Virus record (IMG/VR): IMGVR_UViG_3300004941_000003
Location: 1 to 30,579 of that record
DNA length: 30,579 bases
DNA from: a virus
Direction: 5' to 3' (one strand)
Part shown: piece after piece, positions 7,870 through 15,503 of the stretch
Position numbering within the stretch: position 1 is the first letter of the stretch
Layout of the letters: every line of letters begins with the position of its first letter
Position numbers and translations under genes: made by a program
The notes under the pieces: generated by a model
The model's database searches: none
Told to the model about the DNA's origin: nothing
Seen by the model: only the letters and a program-made list of their open reading frames with translations

Positions 7870-9628
7870 TATTAAGATATTCAATTTAGCAGCTTACGAG
7901 CAGCCTGAGATAAAAGAGGACACTAGAAACGAGTGGGTGGAATACGGAGAAGCTAACGACTACTATAACTTCCTTATAGACCGTTCTCGAAAGTCTACGA
8001 CTAACAGCGCAGTAATTAACAATATTTCGCGTTTAATTTACGGGCGTGGGCTTCATGCTATGGACGCAGCTAGAAAGCCGTCGCAGTACGCTGCTATGCG
8101 TTCTATATTTAGTGCTGAGTGTTTACGTAAGGTTATTAAAGAGCTTAAGATGTTAGGCGCGGGACATTTTCAAGTTCACTACGACGAAAAGCATACTAAA
8201 GTAATTAAGGCCTACCATATACCTACTAACTTAATACGCCCTGAGAAGTGCAACGCTGAGGGAGATATAGAAGGTTATTATTATTCTGACAACTGGGAGG
8301 ACACTAGAAAGTTCACTCCTAAACGTATACCCGCTTTTGGTACTTCAAAAGAAAAGATAGAGATACTTTGTATTAAAGATTACGCTGTAGGCGTTAAGTA
8401 CTTCGGGGAGATTGATTACCTCGCTGCTGTACCTTATGCAATATTAGAGGAAGAGATTAGCGACTATTTAATAAACGAGGTACAAAATGGCTTTAGCGGT
8501 ACTAAGGTTGTTAACTTCAATAACGGAGTGCCTGACCAAGAAAAACAGGAAGAGGTAAGCAGAAAGGTACTAAACAAATTAACAGGTTCGAGAGGGCAAA
8601 AAGTTATAGTAGCTTTTAACTCAAACGCGGAAAGCAAAACAACGGTAGACGATATACCTTTGAACGATGCGCCTCAGCACTACGAATATTTGAGTAAAGA
8701 AGCAGAGCAAAAGATTTTAACAGGACATACAGTAACTTCCCCTATGTTAGTGGGTATTGTTACAGATAACCAAGGGTTCAGCTCAAACGCGGACGAGATA
8801 GAAGTAGCAGCACGTTATTTTTACAACGCTACTATACAGCCTTTTCAAGAGTTAGTGATTGACGGAGTAGATAAGATTTTAGCTTTTAACGGTATTAGCT
8901 TAGACCTTTACTTTAGACGTTTAAACTTACTCGAAGAGATAGAGGTACAGGAACAGGAAGAGGAGCAAGAGAGCGAAATGAATTTTAGTTCACAGCTTGA
9001 CGACTTATTAGCTGAGTTCGGAGAAGAGGAGAGCGAAGAGTGGGAGCTTATAGATGCGCGAGAAGTTGACTACGACCAAGAGGATGAGTTAGACGCTCAA
9101 GTAAAGGAATGGGAGGAGCAGATGAAGCCTAAAAAAAGCCTATTATCTAAGCTTATGGAGTTAGTAGGTACAGGAAGAGCTAACCCGAATAAACCGAGCG
9201 AACAAGATAGAGAGATAGAAGGCTTTTACTTCAAGGTGCGTTATAAATATGTAGGTAACGAAGCTCCTGAGCGCGACTTTTGTAAGGCAATGATGAGAGC
9301 AGCTAAGATTTACAAAAAGGAGGACATAGACAAAATGAGCATAAGCGTAGTTAACGCAGGCTTTGGAGAGTTCGGAGCAGATACTTACGATATATTCAAG
9401 TTCAAGGGAGGACCTAGATGCCACCATAAATGGGAAAGACGCACTTATGTTTCTATGCGTAAAAACGCTTCGATAGGTTCTCAGGATACTTCACAAGTAA
9501 GCACAGGTAAAGCTGAGAAATTTGGCTATAGAGTTCGTAACCCTAAAGAGGTAGCTATGCAGCCTAACGACATGAGATATAAAGGATATAGTCCTAATAA
9601 CCCTAACAGACCCCAAGACGCAAGATAA
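7862..9628 (+). CDS. Portal protein with an acidic linker and an extra C-terminal Cys/His-containing domain
   Basis: The N-terminal ~340 aa (EWVEYGEANDYYNFLIDRSRKSTTNSAVINNISRLIYGRGL...) resemble portal proteins of Bacteroidota phages. An acidic linker follows (EEIEVQEQEEEQESE...). The C-terminal ~150 aa contain FCKAMMRAAKIYKKEDIDKMS...FKFKGGPRCHHKWERR. Confidence 0.65.
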   Translation: MSDIKIFNLAAYEQPEIKEDTRNEWVEYGEANDYYNFLIDRSRKSTTNSAVINNISRLIYGRGLHAMDAARKPSQYAAMRSIFSAECLRKVIKELKMLGAGHFQVHYDEKHTKVIKAYHIPTNLIRPEKCNAEGDIEGYYYSDNWEDTRKFTPKRIPAFGTSKEKIEILCIKDYAVGVKYFGEIDYLAAVPYAILEEEISDYLINEVQNGFSGTKVVNFNNGVPDQEKQEEVSRKVLNKLTGSRGQKVIVAFNSNAESKTTVDDIPLNDAPQHYEYLSKEAEQKILTGHTVTSPMLVGIVTDNQGFSSNADEIEVAARYFYNATIQPFQELVIDGVDKILAFNGISLDLYFRRLNLLEEIEVQEQEEEQESEMNFSSQLDDLLAEFGEEESEEWELIDAREVDYDQEDELDAQVKEWEEQMKPKKSLLSKLMELVGTGRANPNKPSEQDREIEGFYFKVRYKYVGNEAPERDFCKAMMRAAKIYKKEDIDKMSISVVNAGFGEFGADTYDIFKFKGGPRCHHKWERRTYVSMRKNASIGSQDTSQVSTGKAEKFGYRVRNPKEVAMQPNDMRYKGYSPNNPNRPQDAR

Positions 9629-10140
9629 TGGCAAAAGCACTATTAATAACTAGAGACGATATAGTAAAGAAAACTGCGTTAAACGGAAACGTAGACGTAG
9701 ACTTATTTATTCAGTTTGTAAACATAGCACAGGATACTCATATACAGAATTACCTAGGTACTGACTTACTCGAAAAGATACAAGCTTTAATAGTAGCGGG
9801 AACTTTAGACGACGTTGCAAACGCGGACTATAAAGCCCTATTATTAGACTACGTTAAAAGTATGCTTATTCACTGGGCTATGGTTGAATATTTACCTTTT
9901 GCTAGTTACACGATAGCTAACAAAGGGCTGTATAAACATGGCGCAGAAAACAGCGAAACTGTAAGCAAAAACGAAGTAGACTTTTTAATAGAGAAACAAA
10001 GAAACATAGCACAGCATTATACGCGGAGATTTATAGATTATATGTGTTTTAATCAAAGTAAGTTTCCTGAGTATTACAGCAATAGTAACGGTGATATGTA
10101 CCCTAGTAGCGAGAGCGACTTTGGAGGGTGGGTAATATAG
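9628..10140 (+). CDS. Head-tail adaptor/connector-like protein
   Basis: 170 aa helical protein. Its start overlaps the portal stop (TAATG), and its position directly after the portal fits an adaptor. Assigned by position and general resemblance only. Confidence 0.4.
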   Translation: MAKALLITRDDIVKKTALNGNVDVDLFIQFVNIAQDTHIQNYLGTDLLEKIQALIVAGTLDDVANADYKALLLDYVKSMLIHWAMVEYLPFASYTIANKGLYKHGAENSETVSKNEVDFLIEKQRNIAQHYTRRFIDYMCFNQSKFPEYYSNSNGDMYPSSESDFGGWVI

Positions 10141-10211
10141 ATATATGAAGAGATACGAGCCAAAACAGACGAACGTAATTAAGTTAAAAAAGTACATTAA
10201 AAAGCTAGAAA

Positions 10212-10703
10212 ATGGCAGACAGCAGAATAAGTAATTTAACAGCGGCTACTAACGCAAGCTCAGGAGATGAGTTTGTATTGGTTCAAGGCGGTGTTACTAA
10301 AAAGATAGACTTCGACGAGTTAGTAGGTGCTTTCCCCGCTGAGTTAGTTATAGCTTGCTCAGATGAGACTACAGACCTAACTACAGGCACTGCTAAGGTG
10401 ACTTTTAGAATGCCTTACAAAATGCGAGTAGAAGAGGTTAGAGCGAATGTAAATACAGCTCCTGTAGGCAGCACGTTAGGCGTAGATATTAACAACGGAG
10501 GAGCTTCTATATTAAGCACTATTATAACTATTGACGACGGGGAGAAAACAAGCACAACGGCAGCTACACCTCCTGTTATTAACGTATTAAGCGCTGTTAT
10601 ATTAGACGATGCAGAAATAACTATAGATATAGACCAAGTAGGAAGCACAACAGCTGGAAAGGGGCTTAAAGTAGTGATAATAGGAAGAAGAGTATTAACA
10701 TAA
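10212..10703 (+). CDS. Virion structural protein (fibre/appendage-associated candidate)
   Basis: The N-terminus MADSRISNLTAATNASSGDEFVLVQGGVTKKIDFDEL is a motif commonly seen at the N-termini of phage tail-fibre or tailspike-type proteins. The rest is beta-rich. Confidence 0.4.
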   Translation: MADSRISNLTAATNASSGDEFVLVQGGVTKKIDFDELVGAFPAELVIACSDETTDLTTGTAKVTFRMPYKMRVEEVRANVNTAPVGSTLGVDINNGGASILSTIITIDDGEKTSTTAATPPVINVLSAVILDDAEITIDIDQVGSTTAGKGLKVVIIGRRVLT

Positions 10704-10717
10704 AATAAATAAAAAAG

Positions 10718-10987
10718 ATGCAATTTAAGACAGAAGAGATTATAAGCGGTTTACAAGGTACGAAAGTAGTAAACGACGCTACAGAATTAACTCAAGACTT
10801 TGATACTATTGTAACTCTAGAGGATACGGTTTTTACTTCTATTAAGATAGGAGGAATTGACGTAAAAGACGAGTATGTAACAACGCCAGCTACAGCAGTT
10901 AAGGCGGGTGCAATTATTCGACCTACACAAAACCAAGTATTCTCAGGAGTTCAGTTAACTAGCGGAAGCGTAGTAATAGTATTATAA
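10718..10987 (+). CDS. Hypothetical structural-module protein (89 aa)
   Basis: ORF with an ATG start, tightly packed between two fibre-like genes. Confidence 0.5.
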   Translation: MQFKTEEIISGLQGTKVVNDATELTQDFDTIVTLEDTVFTSIKIGGIDVKDEYVTTPATAVKAGAIIRPTQNQVFSGVQLTSGSVVIVL

Positions 10988-10988
10988 G

Positions 10989-11825
10989 ATGTACACTTAC
11001 GGTAATATGTATATAATTAACAGTTTTAGGTTTGGAGGAGGAGCAGCACCGAGCGACCCTGACTTTACAATGTTGGTAAAGACTGACAACGCGGGTACAA
11101 GTGCAAGCGACCAGTTTACTATACCAACAGGTGGAACAGGATATAATTACGACGTTGACTGGGGGGACGGCACAACTTCAACAGGAGTAACAGGAAGCAC
11201 TACTCACACTTTTCCAAGTGCGGGTAATTATGTAGTTAAGATTAGCGGGGCGTTTCCGCGTATTTTCTTTAACAATGGAGGCGATAAACTTAAATTGTTA
11301 GAGGTACAGAATTGGGGTAATATTGCATGGACAAGTATGGATTCTGCTTTTGAAGGATGTTCTAATATGGATGTAACAGCAACAGATGTACCGGACTTGT
11401 CAAGTGTTACAAATATGACTTTTATGTTTTTTGTTGCTTCATCATTAGTAGGTAATTCAAGCTTTGAAAATTGGGACGTTTCAAATGTCACTAATATGAG
11501 CTATATGTTTAATGGTGCTTCATCATTTAACCAAAATTTGAGCGCATGGCAATTAAATAATGGGCTTACTACTGGGTTTCGTATGTTTAGAAGTAGCGGA
11601 ATGAGTACAGCTAACTATACAGATACAATAGTAGGATGGGCTAATTACACAACTACAAACGGAGCGCCTTACAACGTCAGTATGTCAACTCAAACAGGAA
11701 TGATTTATGACACCTCAAGAAGTGGAGGTGCTAACTTTGCAGATGCTGGAGCAGCACGAACATACCTAACAACAGCAACACCAACAGGAGCGGGTTGGAC
11801 AATATCAGGAGATACAGTAATATAA
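10989..11825 (+). CDS. Tail fibre/adhesin-like protein with DUF285/BspA-like repeats
   Basis: Repeated units MDSAFEGCSNMD..., VTNMTFMFFVASSL...FENWDVSNVTNMSYMFNGASSFNQNLSAWQL... match the DUF285 (BspA-like) repeat pattern F.ga..Fn.dis.WdvS.Vt.M..MF. The N-terminal part (YDVDWGDGTTSTGVTGSTTHTFPSAGNYVVKISG) is PKD/Ig-like. Confidence 0.65.
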   Translation: MYTYGNMYIINSFRFGGGAAPSDPDFTMLVKTDNAGTSASDQFTIPTGGTGYNYDVDWGDGTTSTGVTGSTTHTFPSAGNYVVKISGAFPRIFFNNGGDKLKLLEVQNWGNIAWTSMDSAFEGCSNMDVTATDVPDLSSVTNMTFMFFVASSLVGNSSFENWDVSNVTNMSYMFNGASSFNQNLSAWQLNNGLTTGFRMFRSSGMSTANYTDTIVGWANYTTTNGAPYNVSMSTQTGMIYDTSRSGGANFADAGAARTYLTTATPTGAGWTISGDTVI

Positions 11826-11831
11826 TAAGAT

Positions 11832-12026
11832 ATGTTAAGACAAATAGTAGATAAAGATACATGGTACATTGCTCACAATGAAGATTTGAGCGTTATACAT
11901 TACGGCTTCTGCCCTAACGGTACTTCCTTAGATAGCGGGCAGCCGATTATAGAAGAATTTGATAACGAGGCGGATTGGTTAATAAGATTAGCTGAACTAG
12001 GAATAACACCTGAAGATGAAATCTAG
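11832..12026 (+). CDS. Hypothetical protein (64 aa)
   Basis: ORF with an ATG start. Its end overlaps the holin start. Confidence 0.45.
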   Translation: MLRQIVDKDTWYIAHNEDLSVIHYGFCPNGTSLDSGQPIIEEFDNEADWLIRLAELGITPEDEI

Positions 12027-12453
12027 CACTTTTATAGGGTATATATTAACGAGCTTGGCGGTATTTTTAACCCCGATAGCTCCGTTAATGGTCGTAGTAG
12101 CTTTAGCAATAGTTATAGACACGTTTCTAGGCTTATACAAGGCGTATAGAACTAAGCAGACTATAACAAGCCACAAATTAAGTAGGGTAGCTTTTAAAGT
12201 GCTTTTCTATGAGTTATTAATAGTTATAATGTACCCTATAGATGTTTATATAATAAACGGCAGTATATACGGAATAAGCCACGTATTGACTAAGGGAGCT
12301 TGTTTGTTACTCGTTTTCATAGAATTATTAAGCGTAGACGAAAACATAAGAGCGATAAATAAAGATAAAGGCGCGGAGTTTTATTTTAAAAAATTACTAC
12401 ATTTGATTCGTAAAGGCAAAGAAGCCATTACAGATATTAAGAAAAAACTATGA
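12016..12453 (+). CDS. Holin
   Basis: 145 aa with several hydrophobic helices (FIGYILTSLAVFLTPIAPLMVVVALAIVIDTFLGLY; VLFYELLIVIMYPIDVYI; GACLLLVFIELLSV) and a charged C-terminus. Its stop overlaps the endolysin start (ATGA). It resembles the holin family in which the helix is followed by D.f.G. Confidence 0.65.
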   Translation: MKSSTFIGYILTSLAVFLTPIAPLMVVVALAIVIDTFLGLYKAYRTKQTITSHKLSRVAFKVLFYELLIVIMYPIDVYIINGSIYGISHVLTKGACLLLVFIELLSVDENIRAINKDKGAEFYFKKLLHLIRKGKEAITDIKKKL

Positions 12454-13022
12454 GAATAGGCATAGACTGCGGGCATGGTGGACTAGATGAACAAGGAAAC
12501 TATGTAACAGCGGGTAAACGCTCTCCTCACCCTGTAGACGGTAAATGGTTCTACGAGGGAGTAAATAACAGAAAGTACGGTATTGAGTACGCTCAAGTGC
12601 TTGAGAAGTTCGGGCACGAAGTAGTGTTTATTACAGACCCTTACGACTATAAAGACGTGCCTCTTTCGACTAGGGTAACTATTGCTAACGCTAAGGATTT
12701 AGATTTACTCGTTTCTATACACTCGAACGCTGCTAACAATACTAACGCGAGAGGTTACGAAGTATTTACTTCTGAGGGAAGCGGTTACATAAGCAATAAG
12801 GCAGCCGACAACTGGGTAAAAGAGATGAGCGAGACTTTCCCCGAGCTACGCAACCGAGGACACAAAAAAGCAAACTTTTCGATTATAAAAAGGACAACTT
12901 GCCCCGCTATATTATTAGAGCTAGAGTTTCACACTAACGACGAAGCAGTAAGGTTACTCAGGAGCTGGGAGTTTAGATTCAAAACATCGTTAGTACTAGC
13001 AAACGCAATAAACAATATATGA
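12450..13022 (+). CDS. N-acetylmuramoyl-L-alanine amidase (endolysin, Amidase_3-like)
   Basis: Motifs IGIDCGHGG, LLVSIHSNA, GYEVFTS and PAILLELEFHTN match the zinc amidase family. Confidence 0.85.
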   Translation: MRIGIDCGHGGLDEQGNYVTAGKRSPHPVDGKWFYEGVNNRKYGIEYAQVLEKFGHEVVFITDPYDYKDVPLSTRVTIANAKDLDLLVSIHSNAANNTNARGYEVFTSEGSGYISNKAADNWVKEMSETFPELRNRGHKKANFSIIKRTTCPAILLELEFHTNDEAVRLLRSWEFRFKTSLVLANAINNI

Positions 13023-14089
13023 AGAAACGAAAACCAGCAAGTAAGGCAGTAAAAGAATACGAACAGATAAGAGTAAGGGTTTACCCCGATGAGTTAGAAG
13101 CCTTAAACAACCTACGTAACCTTTGGAATGCTGCAATAGATAACGGAACAGACCCTAGAGAAGTAAAACATGGCTGGATAAAATCTAAAGAAAGTAGCCT
13201 ATTCATAAAGAACCACAACTATAAAGAGCCTGAGACAGTAGCTATAGAGAAGTCGTTTAACGAACTACTTGAAGCGTTTAAGGAATACGCACCTAAATAC
13301 CCTACTATTGTAAGGGAGAAAACTAAAGACGCTCACTTATTAGTAGTAGACCCTGCAGATATTCACATAGGTAAACTTTGTCGAGCGTTTGAGACAGGAC
13401 AGGAGTATAACTCACAGATAGCTGTTAAAAGAGTTAAAGAGGGCGTACAAGGGTTGTTAAACAAGTCGCAAGGGTTCAACATAGATAAGATACTTTTAGT
13501 TATAGGAAACGATATTCTACACACCGACACACCGAAACGACAAACGACAAGCGGAACGCCACAAGACACGGACGGTATGTGGTACGACAACTTTCTAGAC
13601 GGGGTTCGTCTTTATGTAGACCTTATAGAAATGCTTATGCAAGTCGCAAACGTTCACGTAACATTCAACCCAAGTAACCACGATTATACAAGCGGGTTTT
13701 ATTTAGCTCAGCTTATTGCTACGCACTTTAGACAATCCGCGAATATTACTTTTGACGTTTCAATAAGTCACCGTAAATATTTTACCTACGGTTTAAATTT
13801 AATAGGCAGCACACACGGGGACGGGGCGAAAACGAATGATTTACCTCTACTTATGGCACACGAAGCGAGCGACTGGGGGAAATGTAAGCATAGATATATT
13901 TACACGCACCACGTACACCACAAAACAGCTAAGGATATTATGAGCGTATGTATTGAGAGTTTACGAAGCCCTAGCGGCGCGGATTCATGGCATCACAGAA
14001 ACGGGTATATTCACGCTCCTAAGGCTGTAGAGGGTTTTCTTCACCACCCTATCCACGGACAAATAGCACGTTTAACACACTTATTCTGA
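13019..14089 (+). CDS. Calcineurin-like metallophosphoesterase-like protein
   Basis: Ordered motif series DPADIHIG, VIGNDILH, PSNHDY, GSTHGDG and THHVHH resembles the DxH / GD(N) / GNHD / H / GH motifs of metallophosphoesterases. Assigned by motif only. Confidence 0.45.
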   Translation: MKKRKPASKAVKEYEQIRVRVYPDELEALNNLRNLWNAAIDNGTDPREVKHGWIKSKESSLFIKNHNYKEPETVAIEKSFNELLEAFKEYAPKYPTIVREKTKDAHLLVVDPADIHIGKLCRAFETGQEYNSQIAVKRVKEGVQGLLNKSQGFNIDKILLVIGNDILHTDTPKRQTTSGTPQDTDGMWYDNFLDGVRLYVDLIEMLMQVANVHVTFNPSNHDYTSGFYLAQLIATHFRQSANITFDVSISHRKYFTYGLNLIGSTHGDGAKTNDLPLLMAHEASDWGKCKHRYIYTHHVHHKTAKDIMSVCIESLRSPSGADSWHHRNGYIHAPKAVEGFLHHPIHGQIARLTHLF

Positions 14090-14538
14090 TGAGATACCTA
14101 CTAATTATATTATTATTCGCAAGCTGTAGCCCTACATGGCACGTTAAAAAGGCGGTAAAAAAAGGCTGGACACCCGAAAAAGAGACAGTAACAAATAGAA
14201 CTATACGACTTATTAAAGTTCACGACACTATCACTAACGAGGTAATAAGAATAGACACGCTACACGAAGTCGAGACTAGGACTATATACCAAGACAGACC
14301 TTTGCTCAGATATGAGACTAAGTTAATACGCGACACTATTAGAATAAAGGAGAAAGCCGACACGAAGCAAATAGAAGCTCGTTTACGCACTGAATACAAA
14401 AAAGCAATAGACACTATCAAAGCACAGCAGAAACGCTGCAGATGGTGGCTTTATATGCTTATAGGCGGTGTGCTTGTTTATTTCCGTCGCTACTTATGGC
14501 GGGTAGTTAAATTTCTTATTTCTCAGATACCAATTTAA
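14089..14538 (+). CDS. Unimolecular spanin candidate (N-terminal lipoprotein signal plus C-terminal transmembrane helix)
   Basis: MRYLLIILLFASC is a signal peptide with a lipobox-like FASC. The central region is charged. The C-terminus has a hydrophobic helix WWLYMLIGGVLVYF. This is the same architecture as phage T1 gp11-type u-spanins, and the gene is near the holin and amidase. Confidence 0.5.
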   Translation: MRYLLIILLFASCSPTWHVKKAVKKGWTPEKETVTNRTIRLIKVHDTITNEVIRIDTLHEVETRTIYQDRPLLRYETKLIRDTIRIKEKADTKQIEARLRTEYKKAIDTIKAQQKRCRWWLYMLIGGVLVYFRRYLWRVVKFLISQIPI

Positions 14539-14568
14539 CGTAGTTTTATTCAGTTAGTTTTCAAGCAG

Positions 14569-14608
14569 TTACAAATTAATTACAAAAAACTTTGTAAATA
14601 ATTGCAAA
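14569..14608. promoter_or_regulatory. Operator-like repeat cluster upstream of the early promoter
   Basis: TTACAAA at 14569-14575 and 14580-14586, its inverted partner TTTGTAA at 14591-14597 (palindrome TTACAAA-aaac-TTTGTAA), and the related TTGCAAA at 14602-14608. Confidence 0.35.
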
Positions 14609-14613
14609 AAAAC

Positions 14614-14644
14614 TTGCACGAACTAAACTTGTGTATTATATTTG
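14614..14644 (+). promoter_or_regulatory. Host-type (Bacteroidetes sigma-A) early promoter
   Basis: AAAAAACTTGC with TTG at 14614-16, a 20-nt spacer, then TATATTTG (14637-14644), which matches the TAnnTTTG -7 consensus. It sits in the largest intergenic gap at the head of the small-gene block. It has nearly the same architecture as the promoter at 22268-22297. Confidence 0.65.
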
Positions 14645-14671
14645 TCTCATAACAATTAAAAACAAATAAAC

Positions 14672-14836
14672 ATGAAAAATTTAGAAAGGGTAAACGAAAG
14701 AGTAAACCAATTAGTAAATAGATTAGGTTTGAAAGAAGCTAAAGAGGTAGCAGTTGAAATGTGCCAATGCAACTTTCCTTTTGAAGAGAAGTATTTTTGG
14801 GGTTGTGTATTAAAGCAATTAAACGAGCAAAAATAA
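14672..14836 (+). CDS. Small early hypothetical protein (54 aa, MKNLERVNERVNQLVNRLGLKEAKEVAVEMCQCNFPFEEKYFWGCVLKQLNEQK)
   Basis: It is below the ORF-track cut-off. It is the first ATG after the early promoter and has the same A-rich leader as the next gene. Confidence 0.5.
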   Translation: MKNLERVNERVNQLVNRLGLKEAKEVAVEMCQCNFPFEEKYFWGCVLKQLNEQK

Positions 14837-14858
14837 TAACAACTAAAAACAAATAAGC

Positions 14859-15089
14859 ATGAAAGAAGAACAATTAGAGCTAGACGGTTTAATCGTAACC
14901 TTTGAATACGATAAGAGATTTGCAGAACCAGAAGTAGGATATATGATAGACTACTGGTTTTGGGAGGTAATAAGTGTAGAAGTAGCAAGTGATGTACTTT
15001 ACGATGCTTATGATATTTTAGATAGGCTAAGCGTTAAAGACTTAGGTAGAATAGACGACGAAATCGAGGAATATTTAAACAACAAATAA
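14859..15089 (+). CDS. Early hypothetical protein (76 aa, acidic)
   Basis: ATG start preceded by a near-duplicate of the 14649-14677 leader. Confidence 0.55.
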   Translation: MKEEQLELDGLIVTFEYDKRFAEPEVGYMIDYWFWEVISVEVASDVLYDAYDILDRLSVKDLGRIDDEIEEYLNNK

Positions 15090-15256
15090 TGTTATACAAA
15101 CTAAAAACAGAAACAAAGACTATCTACCGTAACAGTGCGGTAGAAGTCGCAAAGGTCTGCGGATGTTCGGCAGCCACTATCTACACTAGACTAGGTAGAA
15201 AAGGACAAAAGAGCGATATTATTAACGGAGTAGAAATAACAATAGTAGAAATATGA
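15089..15256 (+). CDS. Small helix-turn-helix DNA-binding protein candidate (55 aa)
   Basis: It is below the ORF-track cut-off. The start overlaps the upstream stop as TAATG and the stop overlaps ATG 15253 as ATGA. Translation is MLYKLKTETKTIYRNSAVEVAKVCGCSAATIYTRLGRKGQKSDIINGVEITIVEI, and SAVEVAKVCGCSAATIYTRL looks like a classic HTH. Confidence 0.5.
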   Translation: MLYKLKTETKTIYRNSAVEVAKVCGCSAATIYTRLGRKGQKSDIINGVEITIVEI

Positions 15257-15501
15257 AACCATTTATTCAAACAAGCATAGCAGCAGCAGTATTTATTATT
15301 ATAGCAGTATTATTTATTGCACTGCACAAAATAGAAAACTACAAAGAACAAGTAGAAGAGCAGAAAGAAACTATCTACGAGCTAAAGGAGGAACTACATA
15401 CCTACGAAGTGATGTACTTAAAATGCGCGGGTAACATTGAAGGCGATAATTACGAAGTGCAATACTTAGAAAATAAACTTAAATTTTGTAAAACTAAATA
15501 A
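15253..15501 (+). CDS. Small membrane protein (N-terminal TM helix plus coiled coil)
   Basis: The hydrophobic segment SIAAAVFIIIAVLFIALH is followed by an E/K-rich helix. Confidence 0.5.
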   Translation: MKPFIQTSIAAAVFIIIAVLFIALHKIENYKEQVEEQKETIYELKEELHTYEVMYLKCAGNIEGDNYEVQYLENKLKFCKTK

Positions 15502-15503
15502 TC

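Noticed and set aside
10166-10185. AACGTAATTAAGTT upstream of ATG 10212 as a fifth copy of the late motif
   Set aside because: The core differs (CGTAATTA), it lies 30 nt rather than 3-4 nt from the ATG, and no AAC sits 15 nt upstream. It is too weak to include.
10145-10234. 29-codon ORF (MKRYEPKQTNVIKLKKYIKKLENGRQQNK) in the gap before 10212
   Set aside because: It is very short, overlaps the well-placed ATG 10212 out of frame, and has no supporting signal.
14656-14988. 110-aa minus-strand ORF across the early promoter-proximal region
   Set aside because: It is antisense to two small + strand genes that have conserved leaders downstream of a strong + strand promoter. Its hydrophobic low-complexity translation is typical of an AT-rich antisense frame. 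The same reasoning applies to all other minus-strand ORFs in the track (for example 25835..26230, 17264..17605, 18228..18581 and 21314..21649).
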